Below are positions 41,945 to 55,220 of a stretch of DNA of 64,000 bases, piece by piece. Made by a program: the position numbers and the translations under genes. The notes under the pieces were generated by a model. The model did no database searches. It worked only from the letters and a program-made list of their open reading frames with translations, and had not been told where the DNA came from. This stretch comes from the human T2T-CHM13v2.0 reference genome, Homo sapiens: the NCBI RefSeq assembly GCF_009914755.1, contig NC_060944.1; one strand, given 5' to 3'. Every line of letters begins with the position of its first letter. Position 1 is the stretch's first letter.

Positions 41945-42470
41945 ATGTGAATGGTGTCACCCTGATTCACCTGCTCCCCCAACCCCAGCTCACAGAAGCT
42001 GTGGTGAATGAGCTTGACCTCACTCCAAAGGGCTCCAGAGGTGGCCCTTGATTCATCTCAATCAATCAGGGTAACCTATCCCTTATCACACTGATTGGTT
42101 TAGATAACCTAGACCTAAGCCAGTCAGCATACAGTGTCTCCTTGGCCCCAGAGACTGGTTCAGAAATGCACCATTCAATGGAGAGCTCAAAAAGTTGTTG
42201 GGAACTCAGGAATGCACACTCCTTGAATTTGGGTAATGCGTTAGGGAGATATGAATCTGTAATTGCTGCTCTCCCTTTGCATTCTGAGGGTAGACAGCCT
42301 GAGGAGTAAGTCAGTACACCAAAAAGTAGAACCAAGGAGAATCCTGGTGAGCCAGAGCCCTGATCAAACCATGCCTAAACTCCATCCCACCATCACTCTT
42401 CTGTGAGCTAATAAACCCCTGTACCATATAATCCAGTTTGGAATTGGGTTTTCTGTTATTCAATGTAAAT
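41945..42470 (+). mobile_element. Old MLT1-type MaLR LTR
   Basis: gattggtttagataacctagacctaagccagtcag...gtgagctaataaacccct...ccagtttggaattgggttttctgtta. Confidence 0.7.
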
Positions 42471-42596
42471 AAACAAATAGAAAATTGTAGCTACCTGATA
42501 AAATACGTCTAAGTAACACCAGCTTGTATCTGTATAAAACTACATACCTTAAAAAGTTTCCATATACATAATTTCATTTCTTTTCTGCCCAGCTGA

Positions 42597-42863
42597 GAAG
42601 ATAGGTATTACTGGTAACCCAGTTTTACATCAAAAAGGATAGATTCAGAGTAAACAAAATTAATAAGAGAAAATGGAACACATGCTGTAATGCTCACAGT
42701 GCTGACCATGTGCTGGACACTGCCCTCAGCCTCTGTGTGTTTCCTTTCTCCCCTTATATAACAGGAACTACTATTGTTGGCATCTTGCAGTGAGGTTCTG
42801 AGAAACAGAAAGTGAGTGGTGACCAACGTCAGAAAAATCATAAATTATTGATCCAGAGTAACA
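42597..42863 (+). repeat. Copy 2 of the old local direct duplication
   Basis: Shares ttcagagtaaacaaaattaataag and gcatctt(a/g)cagtgaggttctg..aacagaaagtga with copy 1. Confidence 0.85.
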
Positions 42864-44039
42864 CACAGGCAAAAGTCACTAGTCTAGGCAAGGAGAAAAC
42901 CATCTCCTTGCTCCCTGGCTCACTATTGCTCCACCAACCACCCCCTCCTCTCCAAGCTCACAAGACGTAGAAATCCTCCAAGGTGAGTTAAATGTGTTCC
43001 TGGGTGACATAAACAATCAACTTATCTATGTCATGAAATTGTGTTTTTTTAAGCTTCTTAGCCAACTAAACCAAGTTCCTACAATGCAGCATCCGCTGAG
43101 TACAAGTGTACATAAAGCACACTTCCATATGACCAGTCAATCTTTTCCTCTCCGACCGTAGCAATAAATACGCAGTCAGAGCCCATCAGCGCACATGCCT
43201 CGCCGCAAAAGATCAGAAGGAAAATCCCTTATGCGTTCAAGATAATTTATGGCATGGCACCAACATTTAACATGGTGCACATGAATTATTTCTGAGCCTT
43301 TTTGCTCCAGAAATGTTATTCAAAAGTAAGAACCAGCATATACTTGGAATACCTTTATTTATGAGCAGCCCCTTCAAGATGAGAACTGCAATGGAAAATA
43401 TGGTAGGTTTGGCATCAGTAACAACATCAGAGCTGGTTATGGGAATAGCTCAGCTCAGCCTCTGACCCTGCCAAGTGCAATAGCACTGACAATCATCTCC
43501 CCCTGTTAATTATCAAGTCCCAGTTGCAGAGAACAATGAACTTTCTTTATTACTTTGCCTTTCATCTTAAAATACAGTTGCAAGAGCAGAACTTTAGAAA
43601 AGGAAGAACACAGTTTGACAGAAATTAGCAGCCAGAGTCTAACTTTAATGAGAGGTTGACAAATTAACAACTGCATACTATATAAAGTACAGTAACGTAT
43701 TTTTTCTCTTGTTTTAAGAACAAAGAAGAGCCAATGAGATAGTATATGTAAATGCATTAGAAAAAGATAAAAGGCTTTGCGTGTGATGGTACTGGTGGTG
43801 GCTTTTGTTCAAACCGACTCAAAATCATCCACGCTAGTCTGCAAATTAAAGCAGAGAGACAAATGATATCTCAAAATCCTCTCTCAAGTCATCTTCATTG
43901 CAACCCCTGATCCCAAATCCTTCTTCCTTTCAATACTCTCTTCTATAGGAAGACAGGAACATACACTCATACATACACAGTTGCAAACCACTGGGGCTAG
44001 CAGAAGGCAAAGGGGCAAGTAAAATAGAGAAAAAAGGAT

Positions 44040-44475
44040 GCTCGTGGCAGATTTTTTTGCAAAAAATGACAAGAATTATTGATCTGCCTGTACTCATTCC
44101 TTTGGGTATTCCCCACTCCTACACTGTGGTTGTACCCATGACTACCTTTAGCCAATGAGGCATTAGCAAATGAGATGCAACTGAAAGCCTGAAAAATGCT
44201 TGGACACTGGGGTTATCCTTTCTTGCCATTCTTAGGATCCAGAGACCACCATGTAAAGGCCTAAACTGATGGGGATGAGGGACACAAGACCAAATCATCC
44301 CCAGCTGACATCAAGCCAACCACCAGCCATGTGAGTCCATCTTGGACCATTCAACTCCAGGGCATGAGTGAAGGCAGGAGAAATCCACCAAACCAGGCTG
44401 GTCCACAAAATTAAGAGAAATAATCACAGTCTGTTTAAGCCACTAGGTTTTAAGGCAGTTTGTTCTATAGAAAAA
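44040..44475 (+). mobile_element. MLT1G/H-like MaLR LTR
   Basis: catgactacctttagccaatgaggcattagcaaat...tttaagccactaggttttaaggcagtttgtt. Confidence 0.7.
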
Positions 44476-44974
44476 AACCTCAAACTTGACCTGAAACTTC
44501 TCAAAAATGGGAGAACAAGCTGAGTTCAATAATTATTCATGGAACACTTCCTATTTATAAAGAGCTACTGCACAAGACACTAGAATTTTTAAGAGATTCG
44601 AAGATGAGCAAAATGTTTTCCCTGACCTAAAGGAATTTATAATTTAACTGAGAGAATGACAAACATATGGATAGTTACAACAACACGAAGGATCAAATAT
44701 CATCCCCTCCCATCTCCAGGAACAGCTGTCATTCCATGTATGAACTCATTCCTCCAAACAACTTCTGCAGTAATGTACAGCCACACTGGGCCTTTAAAAC
44801 CAACCATTCAGTGTTCAGACCTACTGAGCAATAAACAAAAGAGACAGAAACTGTGTCCTCATGGACTTTATATCCTAATGGATGTCAATTTACAAAATAC
44901 TTTCTATATTGCAAGGGCTTTTCAAAGTGCTTTAAGTGTATGTGTGCAGACATGCACGTGTATATAAGCATGTC

Positions 44975-45042
44975 TCCACACATACACACATATATATACA
45001 CATATATATACACACATATATATACATATATATGTGTATATA
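44975..45042. repeat. (TA/CA)n compound microsatellite
   Basis: Seen directly. Confidence 0.85.
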
Positions 45043-45287
45043 AATTCACTTAGCATAAGTTATCTTTGTAAGTAAATTTAACTAATAATAGAACTGAAAA
45101 AAATCTTATTTATTTTATATAATCTCAAGCTTCAAATATCAGAGATTCTGGGAGCAGAACTCTGATATTGCTTTATCAACAAAAGTATTTTAGGCCCGTT
45201 TTGTTAGAAATCAGAGGACGAGACTAGATGAGACTATGGGAGCTTTACAGAAGAATACCCAATTGTGGGGAAAAGTCTTCTAGCACT

Positions 45288-45410
45288 TCTAGAATGTAAT
45301 CTCCATGAGAGCAGGGATTCTTTGTTTTGCTCACTGGGTATACCTTGTGTCCAGAACTAGGTCTACCACATAAGATGCTCTCAATAAACATGTGCTTAAT
45401 GAAGGAGGGA
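45288..45410 (+). mobile_element. L2 3' end
   Basis: ctagaatgtaatctccatgagagcaggga...ctcaataaacatgtg. Confidence 0.8.
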
Positions 45411-46094
45411 GAAAGGAAGGGAGGGATAAAGGGAGGGAAGCTGGGAAAGAAATTCTATTATGGGGAGAATATTTTCAAACTCATAGTAATGCTAGGAATT
45501 TCCTTCTGAACATAGGTAGCAATCCTAGTTAATTGGAACGTTAGCATGTCAAAGGATGCCCACCACCTCTCATCTCTTCTTCGCCCAAAAGTTTTCAAAA
45601 GTTTGAAAATAGTTTTTTAAAATTACAAAAATAAATCTTACAGGAAATTTACTGAGATCCTACAGGCATGACCTACACATGGACTGCACTAATCCACAGG
45701 AGCTGAACTATACGGACTCGATTTTTACAATGAAAACCAAAGGGGAAAGAGCACTGACTTCTCAAATTACCACTGCAGCCAATTTCTGCCTGGATGAACA
45801 CTTGGAAACTCAATATATTATCGTCACGTAGCCGAATGAGCTCTCGAGTCAGTACTTTCTATCTTTAGAATGGCGATAACTAACTATAAACAATATGTGT
45901 GATTATCTGAGGTCAGAAGCATCAAATGCCCAAAGAGTTGCTGGTAAGGAAGCTGGTAACCCATGGCTGAAAGAAATGTCTCCTCCTTCATCTAAAATCT
46001 AGGGGAAATCGATGACCATAAATAAAATTATCCCCCAGATCTACTCCTAGGTTCAACGTTTGTACCAAGAAGATGTCAAGATTAACTGCATTTA

Positions 46095-46384
46095 GGCCAG
46101 GCACCATGGCTCACACCTATAATCTCAGCAGTTTGGGAGGCTGAGGTGGGTGGATCACAGGGTCAGGAGATTGAGATCATCTTGGCTAACACGGTGAAAC
46201 CCCATCTCTACTAAAAATACAAAAAATTAGCTGGGCGTGGTGGTGGGTGCCTGTATTCCCAGCTACTTGGGAGGCTGAGGCAGGAGAATGGCATGAATCC
46301 GGAGGCGGAGCTTGCAGTGAGCCAAGATCGCGCCACTGCACTCCAGCCTGGGTGACAGATCGAGACTCCATCTCAAAAAAAAAA
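46095..46384 (+). mobile_element. Full-length AluY-like element
   Basis: Perfect 17-bp TSD aagattaactgcattta at 46078-46094 and 46385-46401. Confidence 0.95.
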
Positions 46385-48560
46385 AAGATTAACTGCATTT
46401 AAACGAGAGAGGCCACAAAAAATGTTGTCTCTCCCATGCTTTGTCTGTAGGTTTTCCAGAAACCAGAGGATTCAGTGCCCTGGACAACAGGAATCCAGAG
46501 GACCGCAGGAAACTTGTTCCACAAACCTGACCCGCCTACAAGCCTGCTGAGCAACAGCCCCAGTTACGAGAGCTGCTTCCGAATCCATTACACTCCCAAT
46601 ACACATCTTCTCCACAAAATGGAAAACTGCAGGCAGCCAGAGAAAAAAATCTTTTATAGGTTGCCATAATGTTCTGGAGACAAAAAGTTCAATGGATTGA
46701 TTCTATTATAAAACAGATATAAGCTGGTTGAAAGCATGCCTCCCCATGAAATTTAAACTCAGAAAATCTTAAGCCAGAAAAGAATCCCAATTTCATTTTA
46801 CTATATTTCTTGTTAGTCAAAACATTTTGAAAGGGTTACAAGTTATCTTTCATCATTGTGCTATCCACCCCTGCCATGGCCCTGTAGTATCCTGCCTCTC
46901 CTACTCCCCCAGAGAAGGAATATCAAGACGCCAGCTCAATTTAAACTTCAGTCATTTACATTAGGATCCCATCATCACATGGATTCAAATATGCTCCATC
47001 CTCCAAATTCAGTTTTCGACAAACATTAATTGTTAAGTGTGTAAGACACCAAATAATTCCACATAATTAAAGTCTAAATAAAACAACTTCAATCCAACTT
47101 ATACAAATTGCTCACTTTCCAAGGAAAAGCCTCTCCAGCTAGGCATCTGCATGTGAGCGCCTGCTTCTCCTCTCCCACCCGCTGCCACACCACAGTCAAA
47201 AGCCCTGTGCAGGCAATGAAAACACCAAAGCCAGCCGGACATTGGAGCCATCAAAGGATACGTTTTCAGCAAAAACAAAAGGGACCTTATTGATTAAAAA
47301 ATGAGAAGAATAACCAATGCTGGAAGGATTCAAACAGCACTCTCAGGGCTGCGAGGACCACTTTGCAGCTCTGCTCTGGACAGACACTCACAGAGGCAGC
47401 TCTCCCTTCTGCCGCACCATCTGTCAAAGGGCTGCCAGCTTGGCGCTGCAGTCCAAACTGTCTGTGCGTTATTTTGAAGCACAGAGCTCAAGGAGTTATT
47501 TGGAAGCCAGATGACATACCTTGAGCATTTTTCTTTAATTGTTCATAAAACGCTGGAACAGAGAAACCAAAACGTATGCAGGACAGATAAACCCAAAAGG
47601 GCATAAAGACTGGGGTGGGGAAGGAGAACACAGGAATGGAGAAAAAACTGGGGATTCCTCCTCTTAAAGGATCACTTCAAAAAAATCATTAGCAATAAAA
47701 CATAGGGGACTTGTAAAAGCCAAGCCTACAGGTACACAGGGCAGGGGGATTGAGTAGTCACTTTGTAAACCACTTCAAACACCAGGCAGTCAGCACAATA
47801 TTGTAGCCACGCAAAAGGGAAACCGATATGAAGGGTCTCAAGAATCCATTGATGTCAAGGCTGGATTTATCACAACACTAACTTCCCAGTTCCAAGAGAA
47901 TCACTGCAGTTTGAGATAAATTTAGCCAGGATGAAAATCACACTGAGGCAGCATTCTAACAAAGAGACCAGAAAAACCCAAGAAGAGAGCTTCCTATGTG
48001 AATGGAGCAGATTCTGAAGTGCTGGCAGTGCAGTCCAGAGCCTGCATGTGGAACACACTTGGGTATCAAATGTATCAGACAAAGCCTAACCACGAAACAG
48101 AAACTGTTTCAGTATTTAAATCCAAGGGACTTTAATACAAAGAATTGGTTACTTAGCTGAAGGAACAGCTGGAAAGCCATTAGGAACAGTAAGGCCACCC
48201 ACAAACTGGCAACAGCAGAGACCAGCATCACCCTAGGCAGGAGGGGCAAAGGCATGAGGGGGTATTTCCCGAGGGCAAGGCTATGTCACCTGGCAGAACT
48301 GCTACCACAATGGGCTGGTCCTTGCTGCAGGAGCTGGGGCCTTGGAGAAGAGGTACCTGCTGCTGGGGATGCTAGGCGAGGCTGAAGGGGGAGGGCCTGG
48401 TTTCTCTCTCCAATCTCCACAGGGATCCAGGAGCCCAGAAAAGGGCGGCCCACAGGGGTCAGCCCACGAGACAGGGCAGAACAGGAGAAGGAGAAGAACA
48501 GATATGAGGACAAGGAAGCCTAAGACTACTCTGCATTTCCTCAGTGTGTCTAAATCAACA

Positions 48561-48835
48561 CTGTCACCCCAGCACTTTGGGAGGCCAAGGCAGGAGAATT
48601 GCTTGAGCCCAGGAATTCAAGACCAGCCTGGCCAATGTGGTAAAACCCCATCTTTATAAAAAATACAAAACTTAGTCAGGCATGGTGGCACATGCCTGTA
48701 ATCCCAGCTACCTGGGAGGCTGAGGTGGGAGGATCACTTTAGCCCAGGAAGTTGAGACTGCAGTGAGCCAAGATCGCACCACTGCACTCCAGCCTGGGTG
48801 ACAGAGTAAAATCCTGTCTCAAAAAAAAAAAAAAA
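48561..48835 (+). mobile_element. AluJ, slightly 5'-truncated
   Basis: cccagcactttgggaggccaagg...gcctgggtgacagag plus A tail. Confidence 0.92.
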
Positions 48836-48837
48836 TT

Positions 48838-49000
48838 CAGCACTCAAACTTGAAGGTACAGACCCGTCCCCTGGGGATCTTATTAAAATACGGATTCTGA
48901 TCCAGGAGGTCTGGAGCTGGGCTTGAGGGCCTGCGTTTCTAACCAGCTCCCCGGTGATGCTGATGCTGCTATCCATGCTATGCTCTAAACAGCAAGGATC
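48838..49000. mobile_element. MER5A
   Basis: cctggggatcttattaaaatacggattctga...tttctaaccagctccccggtgatgctgatgctgct. Confidence 0.8.
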
Positions 49001-49210
49001 TAACGGATCCAAATGAAGGACTGAGCTGTACTTCAGCCATATTCCCTCAGAGAATAAAAATGCACAATCATACAAGAGCCTTTCTAGTGGGAATGAGAAA
49101 GTAAGAAGAAAAACATAGCGAAGAGCATCACTGGGACAGGACCGCCGCCTGCACAACACTCCCTGTCACTCTGCCCACTAGGTCATCAGATTTGTATGGC
49201 TCAGGGCTGT

Positions 49211-49937
<727 letters not shown>

Positions 49938-52900
49938 AAGGTTTTTATTTTTGTTTCTTGATACTAACCTAATCCCATACATTCTCACCGCATGCCTGCT
50001 CTGTGAGAAGCAGAGTGCTAGGAGCTGGCTCGCGGAATGATAATGAGACAGTCCTTGGCCAGATCCTGCTCCTGTTTTTCTGTGTGTAAGAGTTGGCAGA
50101 AAGAGGAAGAAACCAATACCACCTAACTCAGAGGACAAAGAATCCTGTGGCAGAAGCAAAACCAAATACTGCAGAAGCACAAAGGAAAAGAAAATTCATC
50201 CTAACTGGGAAGTAGGGGAGAAGAGGAGTGATCGGGGGAGGCGGGCTTCAAGATGGATTTTGCTAGAGGAACGGAAAGGGGACACATCCTGAATGAAGGA
50301 GTAACACAGGCAAAGACCACAAGACACCAGGAAACCCAAAGCCCCGGTGCACACACCGACCAGCAGCAGGGCCTCTGGCAGGGCGGGGACTCCAGGGGTG
50401 GTGGGCACAGAAAGAACTGTGCTAGGACAGATGATACCGACAAGGAGATTAGTGCCTGTAGGGGCCAGGCAAAGAAGTCTGGACTTTAGAAAATGAAAAG
50501 TAATAAAAATGAGGAAGGCAGACTAAGGGGCAAGAGAGTGGAGACATAGAGTACAGTACAGAGGATAATAAAACTCTCTCTCATTACCTAACTGTCTAAG
50601 ACCTGCCTCATTAAGATAAACACATGTTCTACTGTCAACTACTTTCAAAATAACTCAGAACTTAATGATGTCTTCCTCTGTTAACTTGGATATAAGGAAG
50701 AGGTTGCCATCCGCTGTGATTTCCAAGCTGGGAAGTAGGGTACGTGGCAGTTATGGATGAGTGCCATGACCCAGTGAGTCAGAAAGAGAACTGAAGACTA
50801 ACATCCAAGTTCTGAGTTCTGCAGATCAAAGCCCAAGGCTCCAGCCACGATGACCATGTTGCCACCAGCTCTGCTGCAGTCAGTGCCTGCTGTCAGAGCT
50901 CACACCCACCCCACAGTCTTTCACTTCCCCTCCACCTTCATTCAACAGGACCGTGGATTCCACTCACGCAGGGCAAGGGAAGCCACCGACTAGGTAGAGA
51001 AAGAAGGGAACAAAGTCACTCCCTGCTTTTGAGTATCCAAGAGCTTAGGATCTGGTGATTTCCAGGGAAATTTAAGGAACTTTCAAGAGCAATTCTGACT
51101 TCAATGGACCTTCTCCCCACCCACTGACTTCAGCCTCCTGCCCACCATGAGAGGGGGTTTGTACAGCCACTCCTCAGGATATATGCCAATAAACCAACCT
51201 CATGGCTCATAACTCAAACAGGGAATATGAGCACACAGCTCAGGAAACTGCCACTGAGTTGGGGTGGGTTTTATGCGCATTACTGGAACAATGACTGACT
51301 GATATAAAACGCTAACAGCAGAAATACGGGAAAGGATACAGATACAAACCCATCAACTAACAATCAATTTCTAAAGAATGTCTTCATAAAAACATTTGAG
51401 TAGCTCTCCTCTTCACCTTAGTCTTCAGGCACTGTCTTCCAATAAGAGTTTAAGGCAGCCCTTAAAATATCAAACACGAGCAGAAAATGACTACAGGTTT
51501 AAAGCACAAATACTAGCAGAAAAGTCTAAAACAGGCTTATAAGATCGAGAAAGGGAAAAACATTGAAATAGCATTCTCCTTTCTCATAAAGTTTAACACC
51601 TAGCATGCATCACATTTTTCCCTTCTCCTATGAAAAGTCATAAAAAAGAAAATAGTTAGACTTATTTTTTAAAAAAGCATTGGAATTGGAGGAGAATTTA
51701 ACTTCAGGACCCAAAATCACCTTCTGAGAAAAAGCATAAGAAAAAGTTCAGGCTGTCATAGTTCTCGGTGTGGATACCCTTTACAGAAACATTATAAAAG
51801 CCCTACTACATTGACATGGAGGGACGCTGCCGCAGCAGCAGAAGAGACGGAGCTTCCATCTTTTCACCTCTTGCAGCATTGCCTCCTGTGCTAATGGGCA
51901 CTATGTATACTAAGGACTTTTCAAATAGCTAACGGTTTGATTTCTTTTTTTTTCCTTAAGTAAAGTAGATTTTAGTCCTCCCTCTTTGACAAATTTCCAG
52001 AGCAACATTACATGGTGCATGAAAAGTCAAATGACTTGGGCTTCAGGGGCTGAGGCACCAACACCTCTTACAGGGAATGCAACTTAAACAACAACAAAGT
52101 CACATATTTGGTGAACTTATTCCACATCTGACTATTCTGAAATATGAACGAAGTATTTGCTCAGTTTCCTGCACAAAAATCTCTCAACAAAGAAAATACT
52201 GCAGAAGTACCTCAAAATAATATGACATTATCATTGTAATCAGGAGAAGAGAAAAGTCTGAATGCAGAAACCCTCACTTGTTGCAGTACATAAGAAGCTG
52301 GAAAGGCCATCTCTAGGACCATCACAACCTACCACCATCTAAACTTAAGCACAACCTCTGATCTCATGAGATACAATCTTTCTAACACCTGGTCAAGCCA
52401 AGTTGCCTAAATGGTGCAAGGAGAACATTACATAATATAATGCTGAGCCTGCATTCTGAAACAGTTGTCAGATGCAGAACTCACCTGCAAATCCAAGGCT
52501 GCAGAAGTTTACCCTGTGAAACAGTAATTAGGTGTGCCATTCTCACATGAAGGTGATCCACCTTAGGATTCTGCCAAGACATTCTGCCAAGACTCATCTA
52601 TCTGGTCTCATCAATATCAGATGGAGATTTTTGTTCTTTGGGAAAGTTTTACCTCAACAGATGTCAAAAACAAACCTCACATTGAATAGCCTCTGAATTC
52701 TTTTCTCTTGTGCACAAAGTCAGCCAGATACCATCAAAGCACAAAACTCAAATTTGTGTCTCAAACCTGGTATGGCTGACTCTCAACAGATGACAGAGGT
52801 TGTCTGCCAACTCAGCAAAAAATGAGAACAAAAAGAAACTTGTATTTTGAAGCATTATGATAAATGGAGGCTACTGCTGACATCTTTTCACAGCAAGTCT

Positions 52901-53414
52901 TGCCAGAAACACAGGCCATCCCAGTCTAGTCCTTGAGACATGCAGAAAAATATTTTGATAGGAAATTACTAGCTTTGAAATTTCTGAAATCTAGCCGTGC
53001 TTTGCAAGCATATTCTATAATATTGCCACGGGAAATATTTTTTTCATTTAATATGTTGCTTTGATATTGGCTTTAACAAAAGCAGAAAAACAAAGTGAAT
53101 ATCCTTGAATATTAAATAGAGTTCTAATATGTGCTGAGTCAAAAATGGAAAAACCCCTAAAAGTAAAGGCAAACATCTTAAATATCAATATAACCTGTAC
53201 ATATTAAAACACACAGCTATAATATCTAATAGCCTTCTTTCTCACTCTTCAAAATCAAACCAGAACTCCCATCCCATGAAAGTCACTAATTGGTTCCAGT
53301 GATCTTACCTTAACAAAGTATACAACTGCCATGTTTGGAGATTAAAAAAAAAAAAAAAAGTTTTACCAGTTTAATCCACCATAGTAAGACTAAACACATT
53401 TTTCTAGTCCTTAC

Positions 53415-53474
53415 TTTCAAAATATTTTGGGTTTCATTCCACTTATTTGTCCATTCCTTGGTCAATTCTTGAAC
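53415..53474 (-). CDS. KIF16B: KIF16B internal coding exon (60 nt, VQELTKEWTNKWNETQNILK; probably exon 12)
   Basis: atatttttcttttcag|GTTCAAGAA...TTGAAA|gtaagg. Phase 0/0; kinesin-3 coiled-coil signature ELTKEWxxKW. Confidence 0.96.
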
Positions 53475-54799
53475 CTGAAAAGAAAAATATACATACGTGA
53501 CTGCTTCATAAAGAAAGTTTATAATTTTCTTCTAGTTTCCGAACTCTAATATCTCATGGAAAGATGTACTATAATTTTTTAAATGAGATCGCGACTTTTA
53601 CCCCTGAAAGAACCATCACCAAAGATAAATCAAACAAGCTGATTTATTCCTACAACCTACATTAGGGCAAAGGAAAGAACAGACAGAAATTTGTCAATTT
53701 GCCTAGAATTTCACAACTGCCTTTTTCATGGTGTACTTAAAGCAGCTCCCTTGGATTATTAACCAAAATTACAAGTTTGAAGATGACAACGTCCCATTAA
53801 ATGGATTAATTTTTCATTATTATACATCAGGTCCTAAAAAATAGTGATTTATTTTTATTTCTAATTAGATGTGATTAAATCACCTTGGATGCTGTAGTTT
53901 TACTTTAGGAGATAATTTGCTTTTGTAGCTAATTAACAGGGCTTATAAACCTCATTCTATCTTTTTTTGTTGTTGATAAAAAAAGAAAAAAAGGTGGTTC
54001 TTTAAACGACTCTTAGTAAAAGCAAAAATCTTTTGACAAAAATCACTTCTTTCCAGTTGGCTCTAACTTAGGGGAGTAAACACGCTCAACCGCTGAACAC
54101 AGCACAGTTGGAAATTGCTTCTCAAAGTTAATGGTAATGTTTTGTTAGTTCCCTAAAACTTTTTAAATGATCCTAGGATTCAACAGGAAACAAAAAGTGA
54201 TATTTGAGAGGTAGAAAAAATATGAATGAAAAATGCGTTCTGTGGAAAGGAAGAGCCAAGGTCTATAGGAGAGTAGCTTCAGAAAGGGGAGAACTCATCC
54301 TTTCCAAGCCTTTTCCTTTCAGCACCTTTATCATTCCTGCCACCTCCTCACTCCCAGCAGCAGACACCCTCCCATTAAAGTTACCTGGTCTCCCCAGTAA
54401 GTTTCCCTATTTAATCAGGCCAAAATAAATGCACAGAATACATCTGCCTGTACTCTCACTGCTAAGATAAACTGATTTTCTATATGCCATTAAGCATAGT
54501 AACTGGAAAGGGTATTCAAGGCAGCAAACTTAATGAAAGAAAGCATCAGTTATTGACAAATATCTGCAGTGATGGTTTATCCAAGAGGAAAACCAAAATA
54601 TATCTCATTCACCTATAGTCAATCATTCAGGGGTCCTCAATTTACCTCAAATAAGACTGTGGGAATTCTAGGTTAACTTAAAGAAAATAATAATGTTGCT
54701 TCTTTTACTACTTATTAGTGCCAAAATCTATCACCTTCTTGATGAAAAACAAATGAAATAGGAGGAAGAGGCTCCCTAACTCTGTGCTTTGCTTGTTTT

Positions 54800-55220
<421 letters not shown>

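Noticed and set aside
48080-48520. GC-richer stretch with ORFs of 75 and 105 aa
   Set aside because: Probably an old ERVL-type LTR remnant; I cannot assign the family confidently and see no coding signature.
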